Origin: Felis catus
Taxonomy: Eukaryota
NCBI RefSeq assembly: GCF_018350175.1
Contig: NC_058382.1
Span: 58,716,001-58,780,000 of the forward strand
DNA: 64,000 nucleotides
Direction of reading: 5' to 3'
A program made the position numbers and the translations under genes. Every line of letters starts with the position of its first letter. Positions within the stretch are counted from its first letter, which is position 1. A model generated the notes under the pieces. That model was not told where the DNA came from. It saw only the letters and a program-made list of their open reading frames with translations, and did not search any database. Positions 11,411 to 23,501 of the stretch are shown one piece after another.

Positions 11411-11603
11411 ACTTTATCATCACCATCAGCAGAAAGAGAGCACATGGGCTGAGATAGGCATTGAAAGCCCCTGGAAGGGTACCCAGAACCACAGGGGCCA
11501 GAGACACTGAGAGACTGAGGCCAGGGTCAAGTGGCGGAACACTTACTACTAACATGTGGCTTTTGAATTTCTGTCAAGAATATTCGTTCTCTATTTTTTC
11601 AAT

Positions 11604-11799
11604 ACTCTTTATGTTTTTAAGTTTATTTATTTTAAGAGAGAGAGTGAGAGAGCAGGAAGGGCAGAGAGAGAAGGAGAGAGGGGATCCTGTGTAGGCTCCA
11701 AGCTGTCAGCGCAGAGCCCAATGCAGGGCTCGAACTCACAAACTGTGAGATCATGACCTGAGCTGAAGTTGGAGGCTGAACCAACCACCTAGGCACCCC
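11604..11799 (-). mobile_element. Can-SINE
   Basis: gggctcgaactcacaaactgtgagatcatgacctgagctgaagt...aggcacccc; TSD tct(a/t)ttttttcaat. Confidence 0.93.
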
Positions 11800-11814
11800 T
11801 CTTTTTTTCAATGT

Positions 11815-12770
11815 TTTTGATGAAAATTTGGAAACATGCATAAAGGTTGAAGAGTTGTACAGTGAACATCGATGTGCCTACCCTCTCAGCTCTGAAGTCA
11901 GCATGTTGCTGTGCTTGGTTTCCCATCCATCCATCCATCCATCCATCCATCCATCCATCCATCCATCCAACCACCTATCCATGCATCCATCCTTCCATCC
12001 AACCATCCATCCATCCATCCGTCCGTCCGTCCATCCGTCCATCCATCCATCCATCTGTTCGTTCGTCCATCCATCCACCAATCCATCCATCCATCCATCC
12101 ATCCATCCATCCATCCATCCATCCACCCATCTGTCCCTCCATCCATCCATCTGTCCATCCATCCATCCAACCATCTATCTATCTGTCCATCTATCCATCC
12201 AACCATCCATCCATCCATCCATCCATCCATCCATCCATCCATCCAACCATCCATCTATCTCTCCATCCATCCATCTATCCATCCATCCATCCATCCATCC
12301 ATCCATCCATCCAACCACCTATCCATGCATCCATCCTTCCATCCGTCCGTCCGTCCATCCGTCCATCTGTTTGTCCATCCATCCATGCATCCATCCACCC
12401 ATCTGTCCATCCATCCATCCATCCAACCATCCATCTATCTGTCCATCTATCCATCCATCCATCCATCCATCCATCCATCCAACCATCCATCTATCTCTCC
12501 ATCCATCTCTCCATCCATCCATCCGTCCATCCGTCCGTCCGTCCATCCATCCGTTCGTCCATCCATCCACCCAACCATCCATCTCTCCGTCCATCTATCC
12601 ATCCATCCGTCCGTCTATCTGTCCATCTATCCATCCAACCATCCATCCAACCATCCATCCATCTCTCCATCCATCTATCCATCCATCCATCTGTCCGTCC
12701 ATCCCTCCTTTCAAAGTAAACTGCAGATATTAGCGTGCTTCCTCCCAGTTTCTTTTGCATGAATATCAAT
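11815..12770 (-). mobile_element. L1MC-type 3' end split by a (CATC)n array
   Basis: gatgaaaatttggaaacatgcataaagg...gtgaacatc before the array and tttcaaagtaaactgcagatatt after it. Confidence 0.6.
11922..12704. repeat. Complex (CATC)n array, about 780 bp
   Basis: CATC units with CGTC/TATC/AACC/TCTC variants. Confidence 0.98.
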
Positions 12771-14479
12771 TCGCTAGAGCCCAGTATTTGTCTATGGGCT
12801 TTCTTTTTTGATAAAACGTACAAAGAATCAAATGCACAGGTCTGAAGTGTCCTGTTGGATAATTTTGACGATGCATTATTTACTAAAAAAAATAAATTAT
12901 CTACAAATAAAATGTGGCTGACCAGGAGAGAGAGGCAGAGACAGAGAGAAATGGAGACAGACCAAAATACAGCACTTTCAACCCACAGAGAGGAAAAAAA
13001 AAAATCATGAAGTCAACGTGACAACTTATCTGGTGGAGAGGGATTTACAAGCGATAATGCTTGTTACAGATGAGTTTCAGTTGTGGACTATTTCCATTCC
13101 CAAGAAAGCATGTGATTTTGGAACCTCACAGCTTGATCCCCGGGCAGGAAGCAGGCACCAGCCTCCTGGGGTTCCAATCGAGAGTCTCCCCTGACTAGCC
13201 ATGTGGTCTTGGAGAAGGCGCCTGGCTTGACTGGATCCCAGCAGCTGGGAAGGGTGCTGCTTTGGCTTTTTGGGTCTGTGGGAAGAACTCTGAACTAATA
13301 CGGCGTGTTTAGAAGGGCCTCTGGCGTCTAGTGGGTGCTCTGTGGCTGTTGTCTCTTACGATAAATCACCCATCTATCTTCGTTTTCCATTTTTTTCAAA
13401 ATTGAACTGGAAAGAACCAAACAACGCAAGTTTTAAGTTCTTCATCCTTAGGGGAAAAACGTCATCTCTCCCTACAGCTTTGCCGCCCTCCCATCCTTTG
13501 CAAAAATCCAGGGAAATGAATCAGCCTACAGACTTTTTGCTCTCTAATTCTTTGATTACTACATGATTGCAGCATCCACTCAGGCCGGGGCTAAAAATCG
13601 AAAGAAAACAAGAATTCTTGAGTTATTTCCAGATACTGAATCTGACACCACGATCCCTCTCTCAGTTTTGGCAAAACCTACAAAACGAGTGACCAAGAAG
13701 GATAAACAAGTTTAGGTAAACACATGAATCATGATTCATGATTTAAGTCCATCAGTTAACATTTAGCTTCATTTACCACAGTGTTTTAATGTCATTAAGA
13801 ATGTAACTTCTTAGGAAAACTAAGAAAGTCTGTTTTTAGCCCAGACATGCAATTAAGGGAATTAGTAACGTGATACATCACCCTCAGGAACTGCGATATA
13901 TGTAAGGAAGCTCGTGCAGCCTTCTAGAAATATGCTCTTGCAGCCGGAGCCAGAGTTCACCAGGTTTCCATCTGAGGGCAGCCGGGAGGGGAAAACAAAA
14001 TGAAAGAAGGGAGTCGTTGCCCCAGCGCTGAGCGGCAGGAAGAGGGGAGTCGCGAGCGTGTGCAGATGTTCAATAGTCAGAAACTCGGGGTGTGCTCTGG
14101 GGAATTAGCCGCTTTCCTGTCTGGATCGGAATCACCCTCAAAGCACTCACTGCAGCTTTGCAAGGGTCTGTGTGTGAGGCTGGCGAGTGGGTTTCCTGGG
14201 GCCCGCGTTGGGAAAAGGAGAGAGGATTTTTTTTTTTCTTTTCAAGATCCTGAAGGAGAATTCCACTTCTGATGAACTTTGGCATTTACTTAGTTTCTGG
14301 AAGCTTGACGCCCGCTAGGTCAGGACTTCTCCTCCTCGGCACCGATGACACTGGGGCCAGATCTGTCTTTGCTGGGGCGTCCTGTGCAGCATTCCACGCT
14401 CCCCCACGCCCCCACCGTGCCATGCTGGATGCTCCTGGGGGCGATGCCGCCGTGGAGTAAGAACCACTGCTATGAATGA

Positions 14480-14590
14480 ACCCACTCCTTTTGCAGATGG
14501 GGAAACTGAGGCTCAAAGGAAGTAAGCTGGAATCAGGCCCAGGATCGCGGCTACAAGGAGGCGGCACAGGGCAGGGGCGATTCAGTCTAC
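14480..14590 (-). mobile_element. MIR fragment
   Basis: ccttttgcagatggggaaactgaggctca. Confidence 0.7.
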
Positions 14591-15644
14591 AGGGATCCAA
14601 GCTCAGGGCCACCACTCAGTGGCTGCACTCAGGGGCAAGGGTCTCAGCTTCCCCAAGGAACCCTTCCTTATAGACCCCCCCCCACTCCCCCGCCCAGGAC
14701 AACAAGCAGGAGCTGTTCCTAGAGATGGCCGTGGACAGAAGCCATGAGGACAGCCGTCACAGGTGCCGATTCTAGTGTGTGACATGGGGCAAACCTTCTG
14801 ACCACTGCACGCTTCAGTCCCTCACCTGTAGGATGGGGCTGCCCTAGTGGCCCTCCCTCAGCAGAGTCAAACACAACAGTGAAATGGACTCTCAGCTCAG
14901 TGGCCCCCACACAGTCAGGGTCAAGTCTATCCACCATTATTATGGTCATCGAGGTGGTTGTTGGGGCCGGGGGTGGGAGGAATGTAGGCTGGGTCCTGGT
15001 GGTCCCAGTGGCTGGTTGGGTCTGAGGGGGCTCAGCTGCTGGTCTGACCAAGTCTGGTCACTCCTTCTCCCCTTCTCTGCTCTTGGGAACCCATGGCACC
15101 GGAAGTACTGCCTGCTGTCTACTAGCCCCATTGCCCTCGGAGCCATCCCTGGGCGCTTCAGCCCTCACACTGCTCCTCCCTCCAAATCCAGGTGGTTGGA
15201 GCCTGTCCACAGTTACACTCCGTCTTCCCTTATGCTGCTCTTGTCAGCATGGGCACCTCAGAGCTCCAGCCAGAGCAGACACTGGCCTCTCAGGGCAGCA
15301 CAGAGGGTGTCCTTGACTGAGTCCCTAACTTTTCTGATCTCAGATTCCTCACCTGGGCAGGGCCATGGGAACAGAAGATCCCTACCCTCTGATAAAGGCC
15401 TACCTACCACCATATTCCTTTGTAGTCTTGACCCTGGGGACCCAGCATGATGCTGAACACATGGTAGATGCCCAGTCAATGTAGGATATAAGAGGATGTA
15501 AGAATGAGAGGCTGGGTCTGTGAATCTGGGTGGTCTGTCCACTTCTTTCCAGAAACAAAAAGATAAAAAGACAGAGATTGTTGCTTGGATTTTATGGGGA
15601 CACAGTAAAGATTACCTTCCTGGAGGGTGAAGGTGACCTATCTT

Positions 15645-16000
15645 CCCACCCATCCATCCACCTGTCTGTCCGTCCATCCATCCATCCATCCATCCATCCA
15701 CCTGTCTGTCCATCCATCCATCCATCTCTTCTCCATCCATCCATCCATCCATCCATCCATCCATCCATCCATCCATTCATCCATCCACCCATCTATCCAT
15801 CCATCCATCCATCCATCCATCCATCCATCCATCCATCCACCTGTCCATCCATCCATCCATCCATCCACCCATCCATCCATCCATCCATCCATCCATCCAT
15901 CCATCCATCCATCCACCCATCCATCCACCCATCCACCCATCCACCCACCCACCTATCCATCCATCCATCCATCTGTCTATTCATCCATCTATCCATCCAT
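15645..16000. repeat. Complex (CATC)n array, about 355 bp
   Basis: CATC/CACC units. Confidence 0.98.
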
Positions 16001-16070
16001 TCCTCAAAAATATATTCCTACCAGGTGCCAAGCACTGGTGGTCTGGGCTTTGGGGATGCAGAGGCATTTC
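15995..16070 (-). mobile_element. L2 3' end adjoining the CATC array
   Basis: cattcctcaaaaatatattcctaccaggtgccaagcactgg...ggctttggggatgcag resembles the reverse L2 terminus. Confidence 0.6.
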
Positions 16071-16992
16071 AGTACCCACTATCTTGGAACAAACCTGACC
16101 CAGAGGAGATAACATGGCATGTTTGCTGAATGAGTGAATGGATGGGTAAAGCAATAAATGGCACAGAGTAGACTAGTTCTAGGAATCCCTATCACTAGTT
16201 GGGCTTTGGCTCTGTCCACAGGTCCCAAGTTCCCTAAGCAAAGGGTCTGCAGTGCGAGTGACAGGTGGAGAGACATTTGTAAGGGCATCAGTGATGAGGA
16301 AACATGCTCTCTCTATCCTCGTGAGCACTTCCCAGAGAGATCCCACATCCACACTGAGTGGCTTCATCCTCTCCAACTGAGCTAGTCGGTTATCAGCCCA
16401 CAGCCCCATGTCGCTGCAAAGCAAGGCTTTGTGGGGCTAGGGCACCTGTCCCAGCAAGTTCCAGTCCCTTCTCTATTGGTTCAAAATCTCTGTCCTTTGC
16501 CCAAAACGCCCATCATCAGAAGCAACAACAGGAAGCAAAGCTGACCACATTGTAATGCTTGTTAGTCCAGAGACACAGGCTGCATGTGACGTTGAGGGAA
16601 CGGTGAGGAGTCGTGCGGACCTATCCATCTCTGCTCACCTTGTGAGCACATACAGAGGGCAACCTTAGTGCATCTAAACGTCACATCAGGGAACTGATCA
16701 GGAAAAGCAGTGTGCATGGTTCCTCCCTGGCCTGCACCTGTCCCCAAGGTGGGGGACGTCTGGAAGACCAGCGGGCTAACCAAGGCATCTCCAAGTCAGG
16801 TAAGGCGGCTTCATCGGCGGCAGCTCAGTGCCCAGCCGTACTTGCCCATCACTCCTGCAGAAAGCCGAGAGCCCAGGCTCCCTGATTTCAAACACAGCTC
16901 CTTTACCTGTCAGCTGCAGGCAGGCAAGGCCTGAGACCTGGGAAGAGAGACCAGACCTTTCCAGAATTGGATCTGTCTCATAATTATGGGGA

Positions 16993-17175
16993 CCATTTGC
17001 TGAGCGATTGCTTTGGTCTGGTGCCATGGTAAGCACTTTGCATGGGTCGGCTCAGTCGTTCCCCCACAAAATCCCAGGGGTGGGCATTATCACGGTGCCA
17101 TTTTGCAAGATTCAAGCAATGCGACTGGTCACACTGAAGGACTAGGATTGGACCCCCAGTTTGAGCACCTCCAGA
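16993..17175 (-). mobile_element. MIR
   Basis: catttgctgagcg...taagcactttgcatgg...cattatcacggtgccattttgca...aggattggaccccca. Confidence 0.65.
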
Positions 17176-18530
17176 AGATCTGCATGGGACTAGGTGGGGC
17201 TAGAAGCCCTGGGGCTGGGACTGATCAGCTCCCCCAGGGGCCGTAGCTTCCCACATTGGAAGTGGCTGGGCCAGCCGCCCATCCTGCAGATGGACAGCCT
17301 GGGGCGGGTGTGGGCAGGAGATCTCAGCCAGATACCCCACGTTCTGCCCTTCTGGCAAGTGCTGCCACTGCATGCATCCAGATTTTCCAGGGACTGGACC
17401 AGAGGCTGATGGAGAAACATCTTTCCTTTAAAATGGAAACTGGAGGGTAGAGAAGACAAGTCCGGGGAGTTCAGCCGTCTTACTGGGGTTCCATGGTGTG
17501 TTTATGGCGGTCTGAATTGGGGTCCACATTTGGGTGCACCCTAAATCTTAGCCCTTTGAGAATGCGCCCCGACATCCATGTGGAGAAGATTGGAGACCTT
17601 CCAAGGTATGGCGGGAAGATCACCCTGGCTCCAGGAAAAGAAAGCCCAGGGTCAGAATATGAGAAACACCTTTCAAAGGCAGGAGGATTTCTTCAACCCA
17701 ATACATTTCCTTTTCTTCTTTTGATTGTTTTTTTTTCTTTTCATTCCCCCAAATATCAACCTCGGGAAGGAAGATCACTTCAAATCTCATTTTATAGTAT
17801 GGAATATTTTCCTTGTTTCCTAGCAGAGACCAATTTTGGATGAATAACTTGCGACCACAGAAACACGACACCAAAGCAACAGCACTGGGTGGCAAATTTC
17901 TCCGTTACCACAAATATCCTTTCTCCTCAAGGACCAGATTGGAAGCATTTGGGGTTGTTTGTGCATCCCATGCTCAATCAGGCGGAGGAGGGGCCGCCCC
18001 GGTAGCAGCAACATGCCCAGTGCTGTCCGTCCGTCACCAGATGCACATTTCCCTCTTTGTTACACTTTTCCAACGCGTTGACAGATTCTTCAGTCCCCAG
18101 TGTGAGACTGTCCTCCTTGCGTGAGCAGGAGGTGACTGGAACATACTCGAAAAAAACCCAATTCCATCCAGGGGCCCTGACTGTATGTTGTGAGGACTTC
18201 AATGGTGATTATCTAGGGCCCCTGTCTCCATTCTTTAGTCCCCAGTTTACCCTGGCATTCATAGCCTTTGATGCCTGTCCTGTCAAAATTTGGATCCACT
18301 TTGGAAGTAAAAGGGGACCACACTGCATTATTCCAGAGGCACCAGTTTCAGGCAGTGGCACGGTGATGAAGTGTTCATGAACATTAAATATTCATTTAAA
18401 TATTTAATATGGAGCCACCCTTACCCTCATCACCAGCAGAGTAGTGCAAAGTGCAAAGGAATAAGGAGACCAAATGGTGAGAGTTGCATGCATCAATTAG
18501 CCTCTGATCATTTTTATCCTCCCAGCATTA

Positions 18531-18752
18531 TTTTTTTTTTATTTTTTTTTAACGTTTATTTATTTTTGAGACAGAGAGAGACAGAGCATGAACGGGGAAG
18601 GGGCAGAGAGAGAGGGAGACACAGAATCGGAAGCAGGCTCCAGGTTCTGAGCCATCAGCCCAGAGCCCGATGCGGGGCTCGAACCCACGGACCGCGAGAT
18701 CGTGACCTGGCTGAAGTCGGACGCTTAACCGACTGCGCCACCCAGGCGCCCC
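18531..18752 (-). mobile_element. Young full-length Can-SINE
   Basis: Near-consensus; TSD cctcccagcattatttt at 18518-18534 and 18754-18770. Confidence 0.98.
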
Positions 18753-18884
18753 ACCTCCCAGCATTATTTTAGAAGAAATTCCAAACATACAGGAAAGTTA
18801 CCCATTGTGAAATGCATATATTCATCACTGACATTCTGCCATTGTCAATGTTCTGTGATTCTTTATCATTTTACCTTCCATCCT

Positions 18885-19400
18885 CCCTTCTTTCTTTCCT
18901 TCCATCTACCCATCTATCCATCCATCCATCCACTTACCCATCCATCCACCCACCCACCCATCCATCCATCCACCCAGTTATCCATCCACCCATCCATCCA
19001 TCCACCCACCAATCCATCCATCCATCCATCCATCCATCCATCCATCCATCCATCCACCCACCCACCCACCAATCCATCCACCCACCCACCAATCCATCCA
19101 TCCATCCATCCACCCATCCACTTACCCATCCATCCACCCAATCATCCATCCATCCATCTATTCATCCACCCACCCATCCACCCACCCATCCATCCATCCA
19201 TCATCCATCCATCCATCCATCCATCCATCCATCCATCCATCCATCCACATACCCATCCATCCACCCATTTATCCATCCATCCATCTATCTATCCATCCAC
19301 CCACCCATCCACCTACCCATCCATCCATCCATCCATCCATCCATCCATCCATCCATCCATCCATCCATCCTGTCATCCTTCTGTCCATTCATCCATCCTT
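18885..19400. repeat. Complex (CATC/CACC)n array, about 500 bp
   Basis: Read directly; preceded by L1MC-like gaaattccaaacatacaggaaagt. Confidence 0.98.
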
Positions 19401-19422
19401 CTAGATAGCCAATCATCTTATT

Positions 19423-19865
19423 CTTTTTAATAGACTATTTCTTAGAATAGTTTTGGATTTACAGAAAAATTGAGAAGATAGTGGAGAGTTCCCTTACACT
19501 CACACCCTGTTTCCCTATTGTTAACATCTTGCATTAGTATAGTACATTTGCTACAATCAATGAACCAATATTGATGTACTATTACATCATTATTAATTAG
19601 AGTCCATACTTTACTCATATTTTCTTAGTTTTCATGTAGTGTTTTGTTTTCATTTTTCTGTTCCAGGATCCCATCCAGGATCACATGACAGTTATCAACG
19701 TCTCCTTAGGGTCCTCTTGGCTGGGACGGTTACTCAAACTTTCCTTGTTTCAGGTGACCTTGACAGTTTTGAGGAATACTGGTCAGGTATGTTGTACAAT
19801 GTGCCTCTAGCAGGATTTTTCTGGTGTTTGCTGATGATTAGACTTGGGTTCATGTCATTTTTTTT
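19423..19865 (-). mobile_element. L1MC-type 3' end that kept its AT richness
   Basis: tagttttggatttacagaaaaattgag...gtacatttgctacaatcaatgaaccaatattgat...gaccttgacagttttgaggaatactggtcaggta. Confidence 0.88.
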
Positions 19866-19959
19866 TATAAACGTCGTAGTCAGTTTACGCACTTCTTTTG
19901 CCAAGTGAGGAATGAAGAAAACGGTCCCGTACCTGCATCAAGGGGGTGTTGTGTGACAG

Positions 19960-20125
19960 TGGAGAGGACTACCAGTGTTGCCTGGGTCAAATCCCAACCT
20001 CAGCAACCACTAACATTGACGTACTTCCCTTAAGCCTCAATTTCCTTCTCTGTAAAACGGACATAAATGGTCCCTGACTTAGAAGGTGCTTTGAAGGGTT
20101 CAATGCAACTCTGAGCACAGGGAGC
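19960..20125 (+). mobile_element. MIR
   Basis: gcctgggtcaaatccca...taagcctcaatttccttctctgtaaaacgg. Confidence 0.7.
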
Positions 20126-20524
20126 CCCCAGTGGAGACCACCTGTTGTTCTCGATGTTACAGACGTGCAGCACAGGTGATAGTTACCATAACACCTGGGG
20201 GGGCCGGTTCCTTTCAACAGTGGGCCAGCTGACTGGATGCAACCCCCTTCTCATACCCAGCCACCCTCAGATGGAGGGGCTCAGGGCCTAGGGGCAGCTG
20301 GGGAGCCAGGGGATGCTGGTGCTCCTGAGGAAGGAGTCCTGCCTGGCTCTGACCTGTAGAGCCCTAATATTGGAGGGAGGAACACACTTAATCCATGGGC
20401 CTATTTTATTATCGCTACAAATACTCTCTTATTGGCACGAGGAGATGAGCCCGGGGCAGAAGAGCAGGCCCTCCTGGGACGTACGTCCTCCCAGCCCCAG
20501 GGGGACCCGTTCCCCCCACGAGCT

Positions 20525-20655
20525 TCGCTATCCCCATCCTACAGACAAGGACACTGAAGCGTCCACAGCAAGCCCCGCCCCCAGAACCCCTCAGCTAGAA
20601 GGTGATGGGGCCCAGATTCAGGGTGTCGGGCTCCGGAACCTGCTCCCTAACCCCG
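20525..20655 (-). mobile_element. MIR fragment
   Basis: tatccccatcctacagacaaggacactgaagc...cagctagaaggtgatggggcccagattca. Confidence 0.65.
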
Positions 20656-20849
20656 GCACCCCCAGTCACCCCGGGTCAAGCTCCTTAGCCTGGGATCTGT
20701 GGGCCCCTTTGGGCGTCACCGGATGGGCCACGAGACCCCACAGTTTGCTTGCAGAACATCATACGTACATTTTGCGGGGCGAGGACCCACAGCATTTTGG
20801 AGAGGCCCACGCTCTCACCGAGGAGCCCTCCTATACCCCTCACTTTCCA

Positions 20850-22100
20850 GAGCGACTACGGTGTGGATCGGGCCTCGGGTCCCCGCAGCCAGCCCGCCGT
20901 TCTCCCTCCTACCGGTCGGTGCACACATCTATTGCTACGCAATGCGGGGCGCCCCACTGTTCTGCGCGAAGCACACACCGAAAGGTGTCCGGTCCTACGT
21001 GTGGACCACCGGGAACGCCCCCGCGGAGCCCCCGCCCTCATCAGGGAGGACGGCGGCGCGGGCGCCCCAGAAGCCCCTTCCCGTCCGCAGCCCCGCTCCT
21101 GCAAAGTCGGGGGCTCTCCCGGCCCCCCGCGTCCTGGAGGCTTCCACCTGCTGGGAACGTCCCGTGGGCGGCGGCTTCTGGGCTCCTCACCACTGAGATG
21201 CGCCCCTGGCAGGGCTCGAGTCCGTCTCCACGGCCTTGGGCCGCTCCGCCGAGGACACCGGCCCACGCTCCCTACCCCTTGTCCCGCGGGGGAGACCCTC
21301 GGGCGGCCTTCACCTTGGGGCCGCAGGAGCCGGGCGCGCCTGCGCATTCGCGGACGCGCGCACGCTTGTCTTCCGGTCACGTGTCCCGGGGACGCAGAAT
21401 CGCCGCGCCGCCTGACAGGCCTGGCGGGGCCGACGTTAGCGTCGCCTTCCGCAGGGCAAGTCCACACGCCCACTCGCAGCTTCCCACCTCCCCGGCGACG
21501 TTTACTTTGAGCCAGGCCGGCGGGTGGGGGTGTAACCTGCGTTTTAAAATATGAAACTACCTTCCTGCCCTTTTCCTTGCTCCTTCAAGGTGCTTTCTTT
21601 TCCTCGCTGCCATCCCCCGGCCCCTCGGCACGCCAAGCCAGAGGTCAGGGCCGTGGTGGACATGTGACTGTGAACCGCGGTCCTCGTGGGGTGCGGGGGC
21701 GGTTGGGGGCACCGGCCGAGAAGGAGCCCAGGGGCCGTGCCCCCTCCCTTCTCACCGAGGCTGCGTGTGTGGTCTTAAGGGGCAAACACGCACCGGTTCT
21801 GATCTATATACGGTCTGGGGTGGGAGAGCCGGCCTGCCCGCCTGGACGGTTTGGTTTTGGGGAGACCGCGGCGGGGGCCGCTGACAGTGCTGACACACGC
21901 CTTGACGGCTTTGCCCTTGCACCACGCACTTCTGTCTGTAACGGTCGAGCCACCAGGGCTGGTGGCATCGCGGCTGAGCATCCCAGGCCACTGCCCGTGG
22001 CTCCCGGGAGCCAGTGGCAGCCGTGGCGGCCGGTACCCCTAGTGTGCTGGAAATCTGGTCAGATCTCGACCCTGCACGTGACCCCTGTGCGTCCATTAGG
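20850..22100. promoter_or_regulatory. CpG-island-like region
   Basis: Visibly very high GC and CpG density; not computed, and no exon identified. Confidence 0.5.
20960..21555 (-). mobile_element. L1MC/L1MD/L1ME-type 3' end converted to CpG-rich sequence
   Basis: Ordered L1M landmarks: gcgccccagaagcccc, gtcctggaggcttccacctgctgggaacgtc, gaccctcgggcggccttcaccttggggcc, gtccacacgcccactcgcagc. Confidence 0.65.
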
Positions 22101-22706
22101 AACAGAGAGCCGGCTTGCTGTAGGCACGACCCTCTCCCTGGGTGGCCGGGGAATCGTGGCGTGTGGACCCCTCCCCCCAGGCCACCCACATCTAGGGGGA
22201 GGTGCGGCAGGGGGCACACGGTCTCAGCTGTCCACGATGGTACCTGGCCACAGTCCCTCAGAGGCAGCTAGCAGGCCACACCCCGTGTCCGGCCCCTGCC
22301 CTGCCCTGCAGGCTGTTTCCAGCCCTCCACGCCCACACCTGGGCAGACCCAGAGGTTCCCTGCCTCTGCACTCCCGGCCCTCATTCCAGAGTTTTGGGAC
22401 TGAGCAAGTTACTCGTGGAGGGAGCTCCGGCCGGCTGAGCTCCAAGAAGGCACCGCTTCCGCTCAAAATGCTTCCCGCCCTCCTCCTCCACCCGGAGTGT
22501 GGGAGTGGCGGTCACACCTGACGTGCGCTGCCAGAAGCCTGCCCGGGGGTCAGAGGAACAGATAAGACTTCCTGTCCCCTTTGCTGCAAATGGAGGAAAT
22601 TCGGGGCTGGAAACCTACAGGGTTTGGAGTTGGCCGTGGCTGCCTGCCCGGCCCGCTTGGCTGTGCTGCTCAGGCTTGCTGCCCCACTTCTCCCAAAGGT
22701 GCCCGC

Positions 22707-23276
22707 CACACACACACCACAGCACACACGCACACGTGTGCACACGCCATACGCATGCACGTGCAAACACGCACACGCATGCACACACGACGCATGCACA
22801 CACGTGCACATGCCATATACATGCACGCATATACACACGCACGCACACGCACGCACACACGCCCGCGTGTGCACACGCCATATGCATGCACGTGCAAACA
22901 CGCACATGCATGCACACACCACACACGCATGCACACACATGTGCACACGCCATACACATGCATGTGCAAACACGCCATACACAAACACACATGCACACAC
23001 CATACACATGCATGCATACATACACACGCACACACGCACACGTGTGCACATGCCATATGCACGCACACAAACACATGCACACACCACACACATGCACACA
23101 CAAACACGCACACACGTGCACACGCCATGTGCATGCATGCACAAACACACACGTGTGCACACACCACACACACATGCATGCACAAACACATACACAAACG
23201 CATGCACACGCCATACACACCCCACACAGCATACACACCACACATGCAGATGCATACACACACACGCACACATGCC
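22707..23276. repeat. Complex CA-rich alternating purine/pyrimidine array
   Basis: Recurring cacacgccatac, catgcacgtgcaaacacgcac and gtgtgcacac blocks. Confidence 0.95.
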
Positions 23277-23501
23277 ATGGCCCATTTGCAGCAAGTTCCA
23301 ATCACCACCGAAGGCAGCTGGGCCCTTCCTTACGGAACACAGGTGTCCTGTGGTGACATGTCAGCTGACTCTAACTTGAGAGACAGTGTGTGGGGGGGAG
23401 GGGTCCCAGGGTCGGTTCCGTGTGCCCAAGAACAAACCCGCCGGATCCAGCACTCGCCGCAAGTCACTAAGGGAATGTATAGTTTACACGTGTTTATGAG
23501 G

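Noticed and set aside
11828..12762. 283-301 aa HPSI/MDGW-repeat ORFs (also at 15.5-16.1 kb and 18.8-19.4 kb)
   Set aside because: They are translations of (CATC)n microsatellites, which lack stop codons.
20313..21554. 413-aa ORF and overlapping 165-253 aa ORFs, plus the adjacent 314-aa ORF at 21577
   Set aside because: Pro/Arg/Gly/Ala-rich, open in several frames, overlapping MIR and L1 remnants, with no recognisable domain.
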